A program made the translations under genes and the position numbers. A stretch of DNA of 64,000 nt from Candidatus Bathyarchaeota archaeon (GTDB lineage Archaea; Thermoproteota; Bathyarchaeia; Bathyarchaeales; Bathycorpusculaceae): positions 352,001 to 416,000 of the forward strand of contig CAVYES010000006.1 of assembly GCA_963767735.1 (NCBI GenBank). The letters are read 5' to 3'. Below are positions 37,457 to 47,235 of the stretch, in pieces; the first letter of the stretch is position 1; the number at the start of each line of letters is the position of its first letter. The notes beneath the pieces are model-generated. The model worked only from the letters and a program-made list of their open reading frames with translations, had not been told where the DNA came from and ran no database searches.

Positions 37457-39889
37457 CTAATCTTCCATATCAGCTTTCATTTTTTTCTCTTGCCCCGCGA
37501 CGGGTGGATACTCTTTGAGTTTATCTGCCATGTCTTTAAGTTGTTTGTTTACATAATAATTGACTGTTCCTTCCTCAAAGCTTCCATCGGCTCCTCTTTG
37601 CCCAGCTTTTGTTCCAGTAAGAACTTCTATTCCTTCGTCGATTGTTTTGACTGAGTAAATACTAAATTTGCCTGCTTTCGCTGCTTCAACAACTTCTTCT
37701 TTAAGCATTAGGTTTTGCACGTTGCTTTCCGGTATCATTACTCCTTGCTGTCCAGTGAACCCCTTAAGCTTGCAGATTTCAAAGAAGCCCTCAATTTTCT
37801 CGTTTACTCCGCCTATGGCTTGGACTTCACCTTTCTGATTAACTGAACCTGTTACTGCTATGTTCTGCTTTATTGGCAGTCCAGAAAGCGCTGATAAAAT
37901 CGAGTATAATTCGGTGCTTGAAGCGCTGTCGCCTTCGACTCCTCCATAACTCTGTTCAAAAACAAGCCTTGCTGAAAGACTCAACAGTTTGTCCCGAGCG
38001 TACTTGTCATTTATGTAGCCACTTAGAATTAAGACGCCTTTTGTGTGTATGGGTCCGCCCATTTTGGCTTCTCTTTCAATGTCGATTACTCCTTCTCTGC
38101 CTAAGCCAATGCTTGCCGTTACCCGCGATGGGGTGCCGAAGGCAAAGTCGCCTAGCCCCATAACGGATAAGCCATTCACCTGCCCCACCCTTTCTTCAAC
38201 AGTATCAATTAGGTAGAATCCGCGAGTTATCATTTCTTGAATCTTTTCTTGGATGAGCTTCGAGCGGTAAACTTTTTCTTCTACCGCTTTTTTAACATGA
38301 TTTCCATTTATGAATTCGGCGTTTTCTTGGGAAGCATAATAGTTTGCTTCGCGAATTATGTCAGCAATATGAGAAAATTGCGTGGAAAGCTTGTATTGGT
38401 CGTCCGCAACCCTTGAGCTGTACTCTACAATTTTAGCTAATCCTGTGCCGTCAAGGTGTTTGAGCTTTTCTTTTTCACAAAGTGTGCATACCCAAGCGGC
38501 ATACTGCATTACTTTATCTTCAGTTCTATCCATCACTGAATCAAATTCGGCTTTAATCTTGAAAAGCTCTCTAAAATCAGTGTCCAACTGGAATAATAAC
38601 TGGTAAATGTAGGGATCACCAATTAAAATAACCTTGGCTGTTAAAGGAATAGGTTGAGGCTTAAGGGTTTTAACACTGAGAAAACCATAACGCTCTTCCG
38701 GTTCTTCTATAGCTATGTTTCCGTCTCTGAGGTCTCGCTTCAAACCGTCGTAGGAGAACGGGTTTCTTAGTAACTCTTCAACTGGAACTATTAAGTATCC
38801 GCCGTTAGCCTTGTGTATAGCTCCAGCTCGAATCATGGAGAAGTCGGTGGTTAAGGCGCCGAACTGAGCTTCCTTCTCTGTTCTACCGAGAAGATTAAGA
38901 TAAGTGGGGTTTGTCTCCATGACAACAGGTGCACCCTTCGTTTCCGCATTATCGATGACGACGTTTACATCATATTTCTTATAGGGATCCTCTCTCATCC
39001 ATGGCATTTCGAATGGAAGCTGCTGCTCTTGGCTTTCACCGACTCTTCTTATGAACCGTTGGAGATTATCCAAAATGTCATTTTCCACAGCCTTAAGGTA
39101 ACTCGTTACTTCAGGAGCATCTCTGTACTTATCACTAATACTCATCACTTGATTGCCGATGGCGTAGAGCGCAACTTCTTTGTTTAGTTTCTTTATAGCT
39201 TCGTGGATTTTTCTCTCCATATCTATTAGTTGCCTCATTGTGTTTCTAAATTCGGTTTCTAACTTTTCCCTTTTTTCTTGGATTTTATCCTTCGTTTTCT
39301 GAGGCAACGCTAACATTTCTTCTTCGCTGAGCGGTTTGCCATCTAATACTGGAATAAGCAAAAGGCCAATCGGCGTTGTTTGAATTACAAAGCCTTCCCG
39401 TTGAGCCTCTTGGTTCAATTCGTCAATTAACTGTTTTCTCTGATTTTCCAGTCCTTGAATTGTGGCTTCTCTTCTCGTAGCGTAATCTTCACTTTCAAAA
39501 GCTTTAGGAAGCGCGTTCTTAACGTTTTCAATAAAGTTTTTCATGTCTTCGCGGAATTCCTTTCCTTTTCCGGCTGGCAACTGAATCGCTTTCGGCTCGT
39601 ACGGGTTAGCAAAATTATTGACGTAACACCAGTCAGGGGGAACTGGCTGAATTTTAGCTTGGGCTTCCACGAAGTTTTTAACCGCGGTTTTCCTGCCTGT
39701 TCCAGGGTAACCGGCAACGTACATGTTGAAGCCGTGGTCTTTTATGCCGAGGCCGAATTTTAAGGCTCGAACGGCTCTTTCTTGACCGATGATTTCGCTT
39801 AATGGGGCAAGGTCATGGGTTGATTCACAATGCATAAAATTAGATTCGCATTCTTTTCTGAGCTTTTCTATTGGCAACTTGTTTATCAT
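37457..39889 (-). CDS. Lon-like ATP-dependent protease (AAA_32 + Lon_C, LonC type)
   Basis: IIGQERA, GYPGTGRK, HKANGGYL, catalytic VEGDSAS and IGGVNEKIEGF. Confidence 0.94.
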   Translation of the reverse strand: MINKLPIEKLRKECESNFMHCESTHDLAPLSEIIGQERAVRALKFGLGIKDHGFNMYVAGYPGTGRKTAVKNFVEAQAKIQPVPPDWCYVNNFANPYEPKAIQLPAGKGKEFREDMKNFIENVKNALPKAFESEDYATRREATIQGLENQRKQLIDELNQEAQREGFVIQTTPIGLLLIPVLDGKPLSEEEMLALPQKTKDKIQEKREKLETEFRNTMRQLIDMERKIHEAIKKLNKEVALYAIGNQVMSISDKYRDAPEVTSYLKAVENDILDNLQRFIRRVGESQEQQLPFEMPWMREDPYKKYDVNVVIDNAETKGAPVVMETNPTYLNLLGRTEKEAQFGALTTDFSMIRAGAIHKANGGYLIVPVEELLRNPFSYDGLKRDLRDGNIAIEEPEERYGFLSVKTLKPQPIPLTAKVILIGDPYIYQLLFQLDTDFRELFKIKAEFDSVMDRTEDKVMQYAAWVCTLCEKEKLKHLDGTGLAKIVEYSSRVADDQYKLSTQFSHIADIIREANYYASQENAEFINGNHVKKAVEEKVYRSKLIQEKIQEMITRGFYLIDTVEERVGQVNGLSVMGLGDFAFGTPSRVTASIGLGREGVIDIEREAKMGGPIHTKGVLILSGYINDKYARDKLLSLSARLVFEQSYGGVEGDSASSTELYSILSALSGLPIKQNIAVTGSVNQKGEVQAIGGVNEKIEGFFEICKLKGFTGQQGVMIPESNVQNLMLKEEVVEAAKAGKFSIYSVKTIDEGIEVLTGTKAGQRGADGSFEEGTVNYYVNKQLKDMADKLKEYPPVAGQEKKMKADMED

Positions 39890-39993
39890 GTTAAAATCAC
39901 TTCATTTTATCCACAGAACTAGTATACTTTAAGTTTCTTTTGGTCAGTAATTAAGTTTCTGTTGCCCCTTTTCCAGCGTTATCTAATCAGGCG

Positions 39994-40545
39994 CTAGCTT
40001 TTATTCAAGAGAATGAAACGCTTAATTAATTCAGGATTCCTTACTTCGGGATGAAAAAGCGCACCGTAGATTGGCTTGGTTTTATGTTTGATGATTTGAA
40101 CGCATTTTGTGGATTTTGCCCAAACATAAAAAACCCCTGAAGGCTCCACGCAGTAGCTGTGAAGTGAGTAAGCCTTGAAGTCTTCAGAGAAAAGCGGGTT
40201 TTCTTTTATCATTTTTATTTGCGTCATGCCTATCTCCAAACATCGAATCAAGTTCATGCCGAAAGCTGCCCCTATGGTTTCCATGCCTGCGCAGATTCCT
40301 AAAACTGGCTTTTCCGTTTCTTTGAGCCACATGAACTTTTCTAGTTGACTTAAAGTGGCTGTATCTTTGAGTGTTGTGCCCGAAAGAATCACGTTGTCAC
40401 ATTGACTTAGGTCTTGGTTGGTTACTTCACGGAAATGTTTTACGGCGCATTCATCCTGTGCTTTAGCAATTGCGATTATAGGTAAAACGAACTCATAGAA
40501 GCCTAAAGAATTCTTCTTCCAATTCATGTCTACAACAAGAATCAT
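39994..40545 (-). CDS. Class I glutamine amidotransferase
   Basis: PVLGICAG nucleophile motif, FHPE. Confidence 0.88.
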   Translation of the reverse strand: MILVVDMNWKKNSLGFYEFVLPIIAIAKAQDECAVKHFREVTNQDLSQCDNVILSGTTLKDTATLSQLEKFMWLKETEKPVLGICAGMETIGAAFGMNLIRCLEIGMTQIKMIKENPLFSEDFKAYSLHSYCVEPSGVFYVWAKSTKCVQIIKHKTKPIYGALFHPEVRNPELIKRFILLNKS

Positions 40546-41222
40546 TTGGAAACCAGCCGAGCCTGCTTTATTATGAATACTCCAGAATTTCCCTTAAATT
40601 CAACGCTGTGTTCAAGGACTTCGATTTTCTTTTTGAATATAGGTGCATCTAAAACTGTTGTTTCAATTTCGCCGCCTTCTCCGGCTGGGCTTAAGCCATA
40701 TTTTTGTTGTAGGTCAACTAGCCTATCTATTAGGTTAGTGTCGATTTGTTTTCCAAGCCATTTTTCGTCAAGGGGATAAGCGAAAACTCCAGAAATAATC
40801 ACGTTAAACTTTTTTTCAAGAAGCTCTTTTAAAAGTGCTTTCTGGTCATGCTTCCACAAAGGGTTAAAACACCACAATCCAAGATGATTGCAAATCCGCT
40901 GAACGCGTTCGCCTTGGTAAACTGACTCCACTGCGCCCGTCACCACACCCTCAATCTGGTACTTTCTGGATGCCTCAGCTATTGCATCTTCCAATTCTGA
41001 GAGTTCCTTTTCTTTTTCGCCCTGAGTTGTTTTTGTTATTTGAGGCAATCCTAATGCTTCTGCTTGAAGCTCCGAAATCTCAATGTTTGGAGTATGATAC
41101 ATGAAACTCTCCTTATTTTTTGAAATTATGGTGATGAGGCACACGACTTCTTCTTTCTCAGCCGCGTAGTGTAGGGCAAGCGTTGAGTCTTTGCCGCCTG
41201 AAAACAGAACTCCAAGTCGCAT
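40542..41222 (-). CDS. dph6: Diphthine--ammonia ligase (PP-loop ATPase)
   Basis: LFSGGKDS, GAVESVYQ, NPLW, GEGGEIET. Confidence 0.9.
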   Translation of the reverse strand: MRLGVLFSGGKDSTLALHYAAEKEEVVCLITIISKNKESFMYHTPNIEISELQAEALGLPQITKTTQGEKEKELSELEDAIAEASRKYQIEGVVTGAVESVYQGERVQRICNHLGLWCFNPLWKHDQKALLKELLEKKFNVIISGVFAYPLDEKWLGKQIDTNLIDRLVDLQQKYGLSPAGEGGEIETTVLDAPIFKKKIEVLEHSVEFKGNSGVFIIKQARLVSK

Positions 41223-41279
41223 GGCTACCTTAAAAAAGAAAACTTGTTTATATGCCTGCTTGAAACAGGCGTTTTGGGC

Positions 41280-42464
41280 TTAAACTTTTACGTTGCAAAC
41301 GTTCGGGACTGCTTTGAGCTTCTTTATTATTTCCTGATTAACTTTTTTGTGGAGCACGTACACCGATATGGCGAAGCCGATGTTTCCGATTTGCCTTGAG
41401 TAATTTGCTCTAATGTTTATTTCGTTATCAGCTAAAACTTTGTCAATATTAGCAAAAACTCCTGGCACATCACGGTGATAAATAAACAAAGTGTAAACAG
41501 GGATTTCTTCCAGCTCTATGCTTTCACCAGCGTTTACAGCGTTAGCAAAGTCTCCGCCTAAAAGATAACTTGAAACTACGCGTGCGATTTCGGTTGATGT
41601 TTCTCTTTGGGCTTCGATTGTTGAGGCGCCAAGGTGACTGCTTAAAACCACGTTATCTAACTCTTTGAGTTTGCTTTTGAATTCGTCGCCTTCGTTTTTG
41701 GGTTCATCATTGTAAACGTCAATTGCGGCGCCAGCAATTTTGTTTTCTTTTAACGCCATGTATAATGCTTGCTCGTCTATGTTGCTGCCTCTTGAAGTAT
41801 TAACCAGATAAGCAGTTGGCTTCATTAACTGCAGCTCTTTTTCGCCGACAACCTGTTCTTTTCCACCTGTGTGAATGCTTATGTAATCAGCTTTTGCTAG
41901 GGCTTCTTGTTTTGTCACGAATTTTATGCCAGATTCAAGACATGGCTTAATGTCATAACCGATTACTTCCATGTCAAAGCCGCGACGCGCAATTTCTGCC
42001 AGCCTCTGACCGATTCTTCCGCAGCCCAAAATACCCAACGTTTTGTAAGACAACTCGGTTCCCTTGAATTTCCCTTTTTTCCAAACCCCAGTTTTCAGGG
42101 AATGATGAGCTTGAGGGGTGTTTCTTGAGATGCCCAACATTAAACCGACGGTTAATTCCGCCACTGAATTGGTGCTGCCGTAGGGGGCAGATTTTACAAC
42201 TATTCCATTTTCTGAGGCGGCTTCAACATCTATGTTGTCATAGCCTACTCCTGCTCTTCCGACGATTTTGAGTTTTCCTCTGGCGCCTGCTTCTAAAACT
42301 TCTCTGGTGACTTTTGTTGCGCTTCTAACAATTAACGCGTCAAACTGCCCTATATCGGCAATTAGCTTGTTTTGGTCTCTTTTTTGCGTATCTGTCTCCA
42401 CGCCAGCGTCTTGGAAGAGCTTTAAGCCTTCTTTTTCTAAACCGTCATTTAACAGTGCCTTCAT
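41280..42464 (-). CDS. serA: D-3-phosphoglycerate dehydrogenase with C-terminal ACT domain
   Basis: GRAGVGYDNID, GILGCGRIG, NTSRG, HLGAST, HRDVPGV. Confidence 0.92.
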   Translation of the reverse strand: MKALLNDGLEKEGLKLFQDAGVETDTQKRDQNKLIADIGQFDALIVRSATKVTREVLEAGARGKLKIVGRAGVGYDNIDVEAASENGIVVKSAPYGSTNSVAELTVGLMLGISRNTPQAHHSLKTGVWKKGKFKGTELSYKTLGILGCGRIGQRLAEIARRGFDMEVIGYDIKPCLESGIKFVTKQEALAKADYISIHTGGKEQVVGEKELQLMKPTAYLVNTSRGSNIDEQALYMALKENKIAGAAIDVYNDEPKNEGDEFKSKLKELDNVVLSSHLGASTIEAQRETSTEIARVVSSYLLGGDFANAVNAGESIELEEIPVYTLFIYHRDVPGVFANIDKVLADNEINIRANYSRQIGNIGFAISVYVLHKKVNQEIIKKLKAVPNVCNVKV

Positions 42465-42573
42465 TTTTAGCCGACTCCTTTAAGTGGTTATCAAGCTTTA
42501 AGATTTAAGCTGATTGGCAAACAATAATATTAAATGTTCTGAAAAAACTGAACTTTTTATCTTTTTTGGATGC

Positions 42574-42876
42574 TTAATTTTTGTTTTTTAAGGCGGCTGC
42601 TTGTTGTTTGCTGATTCTGGTGGATGCTATCTCAAACGTTGATACTGTATGGCAGTAAGGGCACTTTAGGCGCCGGTTGTTTCCACGGTACAGAGAAATG
42701 AAGCTGGCTCCTGGAACCCAGTGGTAGTTAAATTTTTTCTTGCATTTTGGGCAGGTTAACCTTGATATGGTGTGTGGTCCATACCTTGGAAGCAACATGA
42801 AGACTGCTACAAAGATTACTGCTGTTACGGCAGCGTAGATTAAGAAAAGATCTACCATGACAATTTCAGCTTTCAA
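42574..42876 (-). CDS. Membrane-anchored zinc-ribbon protein
   Basis: N-terminal TM, CPKC...CPYC. Confidence 0.75.
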   Translation of the reverse strand: MKAEIVMVDLFLIYAAVTAVIFVAVFMLLPRYGPHTISRLTCPKCKKKFNYHWVPGASFISLYRGNNRRLKCPYCHTVSTFEIASTRISKQQAAALKNKN

Positions 42877-42966
42877 AAGGAGAATGTTAGCTTATTAATA
42901 TTTAGGCTCAATCTTCACTTTTAGAAGATTCTTGTTTGGGTGATGTTGTGAGGCAGTGAAAGTCAT

Positions 42967-44322
42967 CTAAGCTTTTTTGAGGTAGGCTAATGCTTCTTCG
43001 ATGTTTTGGAAGCCGTATTTCACTTGATTAAACTCTTTCTTGAACGATAGTACGTCTTCTTTGACTTGAGCGGGTTGTCGTTTGCCCTTTATCACGTCAA
43101 GCATAAGGTCGCATAAGTGTTTTATCTCGCTTTCCTTGAAGCCTCGTCTGGTTACGTCTTGAAAGCCGATTCTTAATCCTGATGGGTCATCTTTGCTGCT
43201 TTGGTCATCGTAGGGTAAGAGGTTTTTGTTGAGAATAATATTTGCATCTTCGAGGTCTTGAGCAATCTTTTTGCCGCCGCCGAAGCTGCGAATATCAACC
43301 GCGATTTGGTGAGATTTAGTGAAGCCTTTTTTCTCCGCCAGAACTTTAACGTCGTTCTCATACAGGTATTGTCCAGCTGTCTGCGCATTCTTTATGGTTT
43401 GTCTTGCTAGTTCTGCGCCGAAAAGCTTCATCTCCAAGGCGGCTATGCCGAGCGCTGGTAACCTGCCCAGATGAGTGCTCGAAGCGCTAAGTGGGAAAAT
43501 GGCGAATTGGATTTTTTTCACTGCTTTCTCCAGTGCCGGGCTAGTCGGGGTTCCCATGATGACGCCTCCTTGTGGACCTGGGAAAGTTTTGTGAGTTGAT
43601 GAGGTTATGAAGTCTGCGCCCTCTCGCAGAGGATCCTGGAATTCGCCGCCTGCAATTAAACCTAGAACATGAGACGCGTCGTAGGCTATGTATGCGCCTA
43701 CTTCTTCGCAGACGGCTCTTAACTCGCGTATTGGATGTGGAAACAGGAAGAGGCTGCCGCCGAAGGTAACAATGCCGGGTTTGGCGGCTCGTATAACGTA
43801 GGCCGACTTGTCTGGGTCAATATTGAATTCGTCAACGTCGTAAACGTGATTTATGTTTTCTAAACCTAAAACGTTGCCAGCTAACCCAGTGTAATCATGT
43901 GAGATGTGTGCACCACAACTTAGCGGGGTAACGACCATTTTGTTGTTTTTAGAAGCCAATGATAAGCCTTTGAAGGTTGCTAGGTTTGAATGGGTTCCCG
44001 AAACCAGACGGACGTCCGCCCAGTCAGCTTTGAACAGGCTTTTCATTATGTCAGTTGAATAGTCTTCGATTTGGGACATGTATTTTTGTCCTTGATAGTA
44101 CCTTTTTTTAACGTGTCCTTGTGCGTCGTTTTCGCCTTCCGCATATCTGCATGCGAGGTCATGAGAGAAGCAGAGCATCTGGTTGACTGCTGGAGATTTT
44201 AGTCCCTCGCTTGCAATCATATTTATGCATTCTTTGTCCCGGTATTGTTCATGTTTGCGGGTTGATTCAATTAGGTTTAGGGCAAGGTTTGAGAAGTTTT
44301 CCATTTTTGTGTTCTTCCCCAC
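42967..44322 (-). CDS. glyA: Serine hydroxymethyltransferase (archaeal type)
   Basis: NMIASE, YAEG, GAHISH, YDASH, PLP lysine in STHKTFPGPQGG, SGLRIG. Confidence 0.96.
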   Translation of the reverse strand: MGKNTKMENFSNLALNLIESTRKHEQYRDKECINMIASEGLKSPAVNQMLCFSHDLACRYAEGENDAQGHVKKRYYQGQKYMSQIEDYSTDIMKSLFKADWADVRLVSGTHSNLATFKGLSLASKNNKMVVTPLSCGAHISHDYTGLAGNVLGLENINHVYDVDEFNIDPDKSAYVIRAAKPGIVTFGGSLFLFPHPIRELRAVCEEVGAYIAYDASHVLGLIAGGEFQDPLREGADFITSSTHKTFPGPQGGVIMGTPTSPALEKAVKKIQFAIFPLSASSTHLGRLPALGIAALEMKLFGAELARQTIKNAQTAGQYLYENDVKVLAEKKGFTKSHQIAVDIRSFGGGKKIAQDLEDANIILNKNLLPYDDQSSKDDPSGLRIGFQDVTRRGFKESEIKHLCDLMLDVIKGKRQPAQVKEDVLSFKKEFNQVKYGFQNIEEALAYLKKA

Positions 44323-44474
44323 GCTTAAATCATCAACGGAATTAGGCTTTGCAGTATTTAGCCGTTACTGGAAGCAAATTAGGGTTTGTTACTTATGCGT
44401 CTACAGTTTAGCTGAGGCTATACATGGTTAAGTTTATGAAATCGGAAGTGGTCGCTAGGTAAAGGAGTCGACGT

Positions 44475-45182
44475 CTATTCTTTATAATCTAGAAAACCCC
44501 TTTTTATAAGGAAGCGTTTGATGCCTTCTTTTGCCTCGGAGAATTTTTGTCTGCTTGGCAGGTAGAGGAGAACGTATGCTGTGCCTAGAAGGAACTTGGT
44601 TATTGAGTTCAGTGAGAATGCCCAGGCGTGTGGGTTGTTAATGATTATTCTTGGCCAAGCAAACACGTAAAGCGTTTGTGGAAATTCATATTGTGGAAAC
44701 CCGATTGTAATCCAGAAAATCCATAAAACCGTCATGGCGATTAGCACAAGCCAGAACCATTTGTTAGTTTTCATGTATTTGTAGCCAGACAGGGCGGTCA
44801 GTGCAATTAATGCGTAATTTAGAAAGATAGCGTTTCCATTTAGAAGAAAATAAGGCGACTTTCCGTAATTCCAAGAATTAAAGAATGAGAAATGATAGAG
44901 AATTTCGAAGAGCCAGACCATCGACACTGCACTTGCTATGGAGATTACGAAACTTTCAGCTGAAGATACACCATTTATTCGAAGAAAAATAGTGCTTCCT
45001 AAGTAGACAAACGCAAACGTTATCCAAGAACTCCAAAAATAGCCTCCGATACCCCATACGCTGGAAGTGGACAGCCACATAAACACGGAATAGCAGATGA
45101 GAAGAACCATAAAGCAAATAGTTATGTACTGTAGAATTTCAACAACGGCATTCGCGGTTGGTTTTTTTAAACGCCTAAACAC
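44475..45182 (-). CDS. Multi-pass membrane hypothetical protein
   Basis: About six hydrophobic segments. Confidence 0.75.
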   Translation of the reverse strand: MFRRLKKPTANAVVEILQYITICFMVLLICYSVFMWLSTSSVWGIGGYFWSSWITFAFVYLGSTIFLRINGVSSAESFVISIASAVSMVWLFEILYHFSFFNSWNYGKSPYFLLNGNAIFLNYALIALTALSGYKYMKTNKWFWLVLIAMTVLWIFWITIGFPQYEFPQTLYVFAWPRIIINNPHAWAFSLNSITKFLLGTAYVLLYLPSRQKFSEAKEGIKRFLIKRGFLDYKE

Positions 45183-45314
45183 GTTTTCTCTTCCAGTGTA
45201 TAAGTATATGTTCGTTTGTTCTTAATTTTTGCTTTTTCTTCTGGTTGCGGTATAAATATGATGCAGCTGTAAACAGTAAAATCCCAGTTTTAGGTGCTAC
45301 ATTGCATTTGTCAA

Positions 45315-46133
45315 TTAGGTTTGCGCCGTTTTTTCTTTCGTTTGGTCAGGTGTTTGGGTTATTTTTGCTATGGACACTGAGCCTGATAGGACGCTGTTAT
45401 TTAGGAAGGTTATTTCTTTTCCAGAATCCAAATGGATAACCGTTTGCAATATCGTAATTTCTTTGACTATACCCTGTTCATTCAGGTATGAAGTAATGAC
45501 TCGGTCACCAACAACGTAGTGCAGTCTCCCTTCCTTTAATGGTTGTTCAAATTTGCGCAGGTCGGTTATGATTATTCCGCCTGAAGCAATTGCACTGTTT
45601 GGGATGGTGACTTGTCCCATGTCAGTCTGTATTCTCATAACGAGTGCACTCATTTCTGTGACTTTTCCAGGGATACTGTTGACCATGACGTTGTCGCCTT
45701 CTTTAAACTGGTAAGTGGTGAAAACCAGGAAACCGGATAAGAGGCTGCCGACAAATGTGGAGATTACGAGTCCAGCGGTGATTGAGATTATTCCTGCGCC
45801 TGTTAAAAGATCCGTTGCTGAAACATGTACAATGGCTAGGATTCCGAAGATCATAATCAATATTGCGACTGAAAGCATGACGTACTGGACGATTGTTGCT
45901 GCTTGAGCGCCCATTCGCTGAGACATAAGCGGTTTAAAATGCCTTATAATTACTATCGCTGCTCCCCAAAAACTTATGCTGATGATTATTTCTACGGCTT
46001 GTTCAAATAGTTTGGATAAGCTTATAGGTCCAGCAATGAACTGATGGAAAACTAAAAGGATAACTACAGTCAAGACTAAAGTTATTATTAAGTAAAAGAC
46101 GAGTCTTTGCAATGACGCAATATGTCGTGCCAT
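45315..46133 (-). CDS. MscS-family mechanosensitive channel with a duplicated beta domain
   Basis: TM helices, then FKEGDNV...VTIPNS, and a second VGDRV...ITFLNN. Confidence 0.85.
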   Translation of the reverse strand: MARHIASLQRLVFYLIITLVLTVVILLVFHQFIAGPISLSKLFEQAVEIIISISFWGAAIVIIRHFKPLMSQRMGAQAATIVQYVMLSVAILIMIFGILAIVHVSATDLLTGAGIISITAGLVISTFVGSLLSGFLVFTTYQFKEGDNVMVNSIPGKVTEMSALVMRIQTDMGQVTIPNSAIASGGIIITDLRKFEQPLKEGRLHYVVGDRVITSYLNEQGIVKEITILQTVIHLDSGKEITFLNNSVLSGSVSIAKITQTPDQTKEKTAQT

Positions 46134-46292
46134 CTTGATCCTTCACAGCCATAACTTAAAGCATATTTCTATAGTTTTCCCAAGCGAGGTAAGCCAAACT
46201 AAAGGCGGCTGCTCATAAAGTTTTCAGTCAAGGTTCTTTTTACATCATTGGTATAATTGTATTTAATTCGTGAGATTTTGGCAGGTTTAGAG

Positions 46293-46646
46293 TTATTTCA
46301 GCTCAGAAATCCGTTTCTGAACTATTTTTAATAACTGTTTTCTTAGATTTTCGCCGGAGTTGGTTTGTATGAAGCAAATACGATTGGCTAATTCTTCGTC
46401 GCCGAGTGTATTCTGTATCCACTTTTGGAAGTCGCTACGTGGATAGTGAAAGAGAATTGAGTTAGCGTCTATGGTTTCCAGCTTCAAAGCAAACTCATGT
46501 AAGCTGACCGCTGTTATACCTGTGTAAACTTCCTTTTCTGTTGAAAAATGGAATCCTCTTTCAAAGGAAACATTTCTGAGAACCATTTCTTCATTCGATT
46601 TCTCGGTTGGAAGTTCCTTTTCAGACAGAACTGTTTTTGTCGTCAA
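46293..46646 (-). CDS. DUF5752-like protein
   Basis: FHF...AVSLHEF...SILFH..RSDFQKWIQNTLGDEELA. Confidence 0.8.
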   Translation of the reverse strand: MTTKTVLSEKELPTEKSNEEMVLRNVSFERGFHFSTEKEVYTGITAVSLHEFALKLETIDANSILFHYPRSDFQKWIQNTLGDEELANRICFIQTNSGENLRKQLLKIVQKRISELK

Positions 46647-46698
46647 AAATTCACCAGCTTTTGTGGGTAGAATCTATTGAGAGTACTTTATAGGTCCT

Positions 46699-46722
46699 TG
46701 TGATTGTATGGGTGTAGTCACA
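46699..46722. promoter_or_regulatory. Palindrome TGTGATTG-N8-TAGTCACA just upstream of a minus-strand TATA box
   Basis: Same architecture at 57053-57076. Confidence 0.5.
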
Positions 46723-47235
46723 ACGCACGTAATGCAATTAGGCTTTTTTGAAATTTTCAAAAAACGATGGGGAAAAGGGAATAGGTTTGTTGTAACATAA
46801 ACAAAATAGGTGGCAACAGAATTTACCCAACCGCGCCTCGTTCTTTTAGCATTAAATTGACTGGCACTAACCTTAAGAGAAGCAGAAACAATGAAAATGT
46901 GGGTATATGTTTGGTCGAAGAGAAAAGAAATAAGAAACCTAAACTTCCAAAGAAACGAATAAATAAAATCTTGAAAAAGAAAGGTCGCCCTTGAAACATC
47001 TTAACTAATAAAATTCAGAGCAAACCTTTACTTGCTTCTAATTACTATGTGAAATCGGTTTTCTAGAAAAATGAATGCTCTGTTTATGTTGCTTTAGAGA
47101 GCACTAACGTGGTCTGTCGAGTTGCCAAAAATCAAATATGAATCAGTATGTTGATTTTTCCGGCCTCAATTTTAACCTGTGGCTACTTCTTTCCCTTTAA
47201 GAGGTGCAATGTAACCTTGCTCAGGGTTGAGTGGC

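Noticed and set aside
46829-46842. CCGCGCCTCGTT shared with 36906-36917
   Set aside because: A single 12-nt match with no flanking similarity is compatible with chance in 64 kb.
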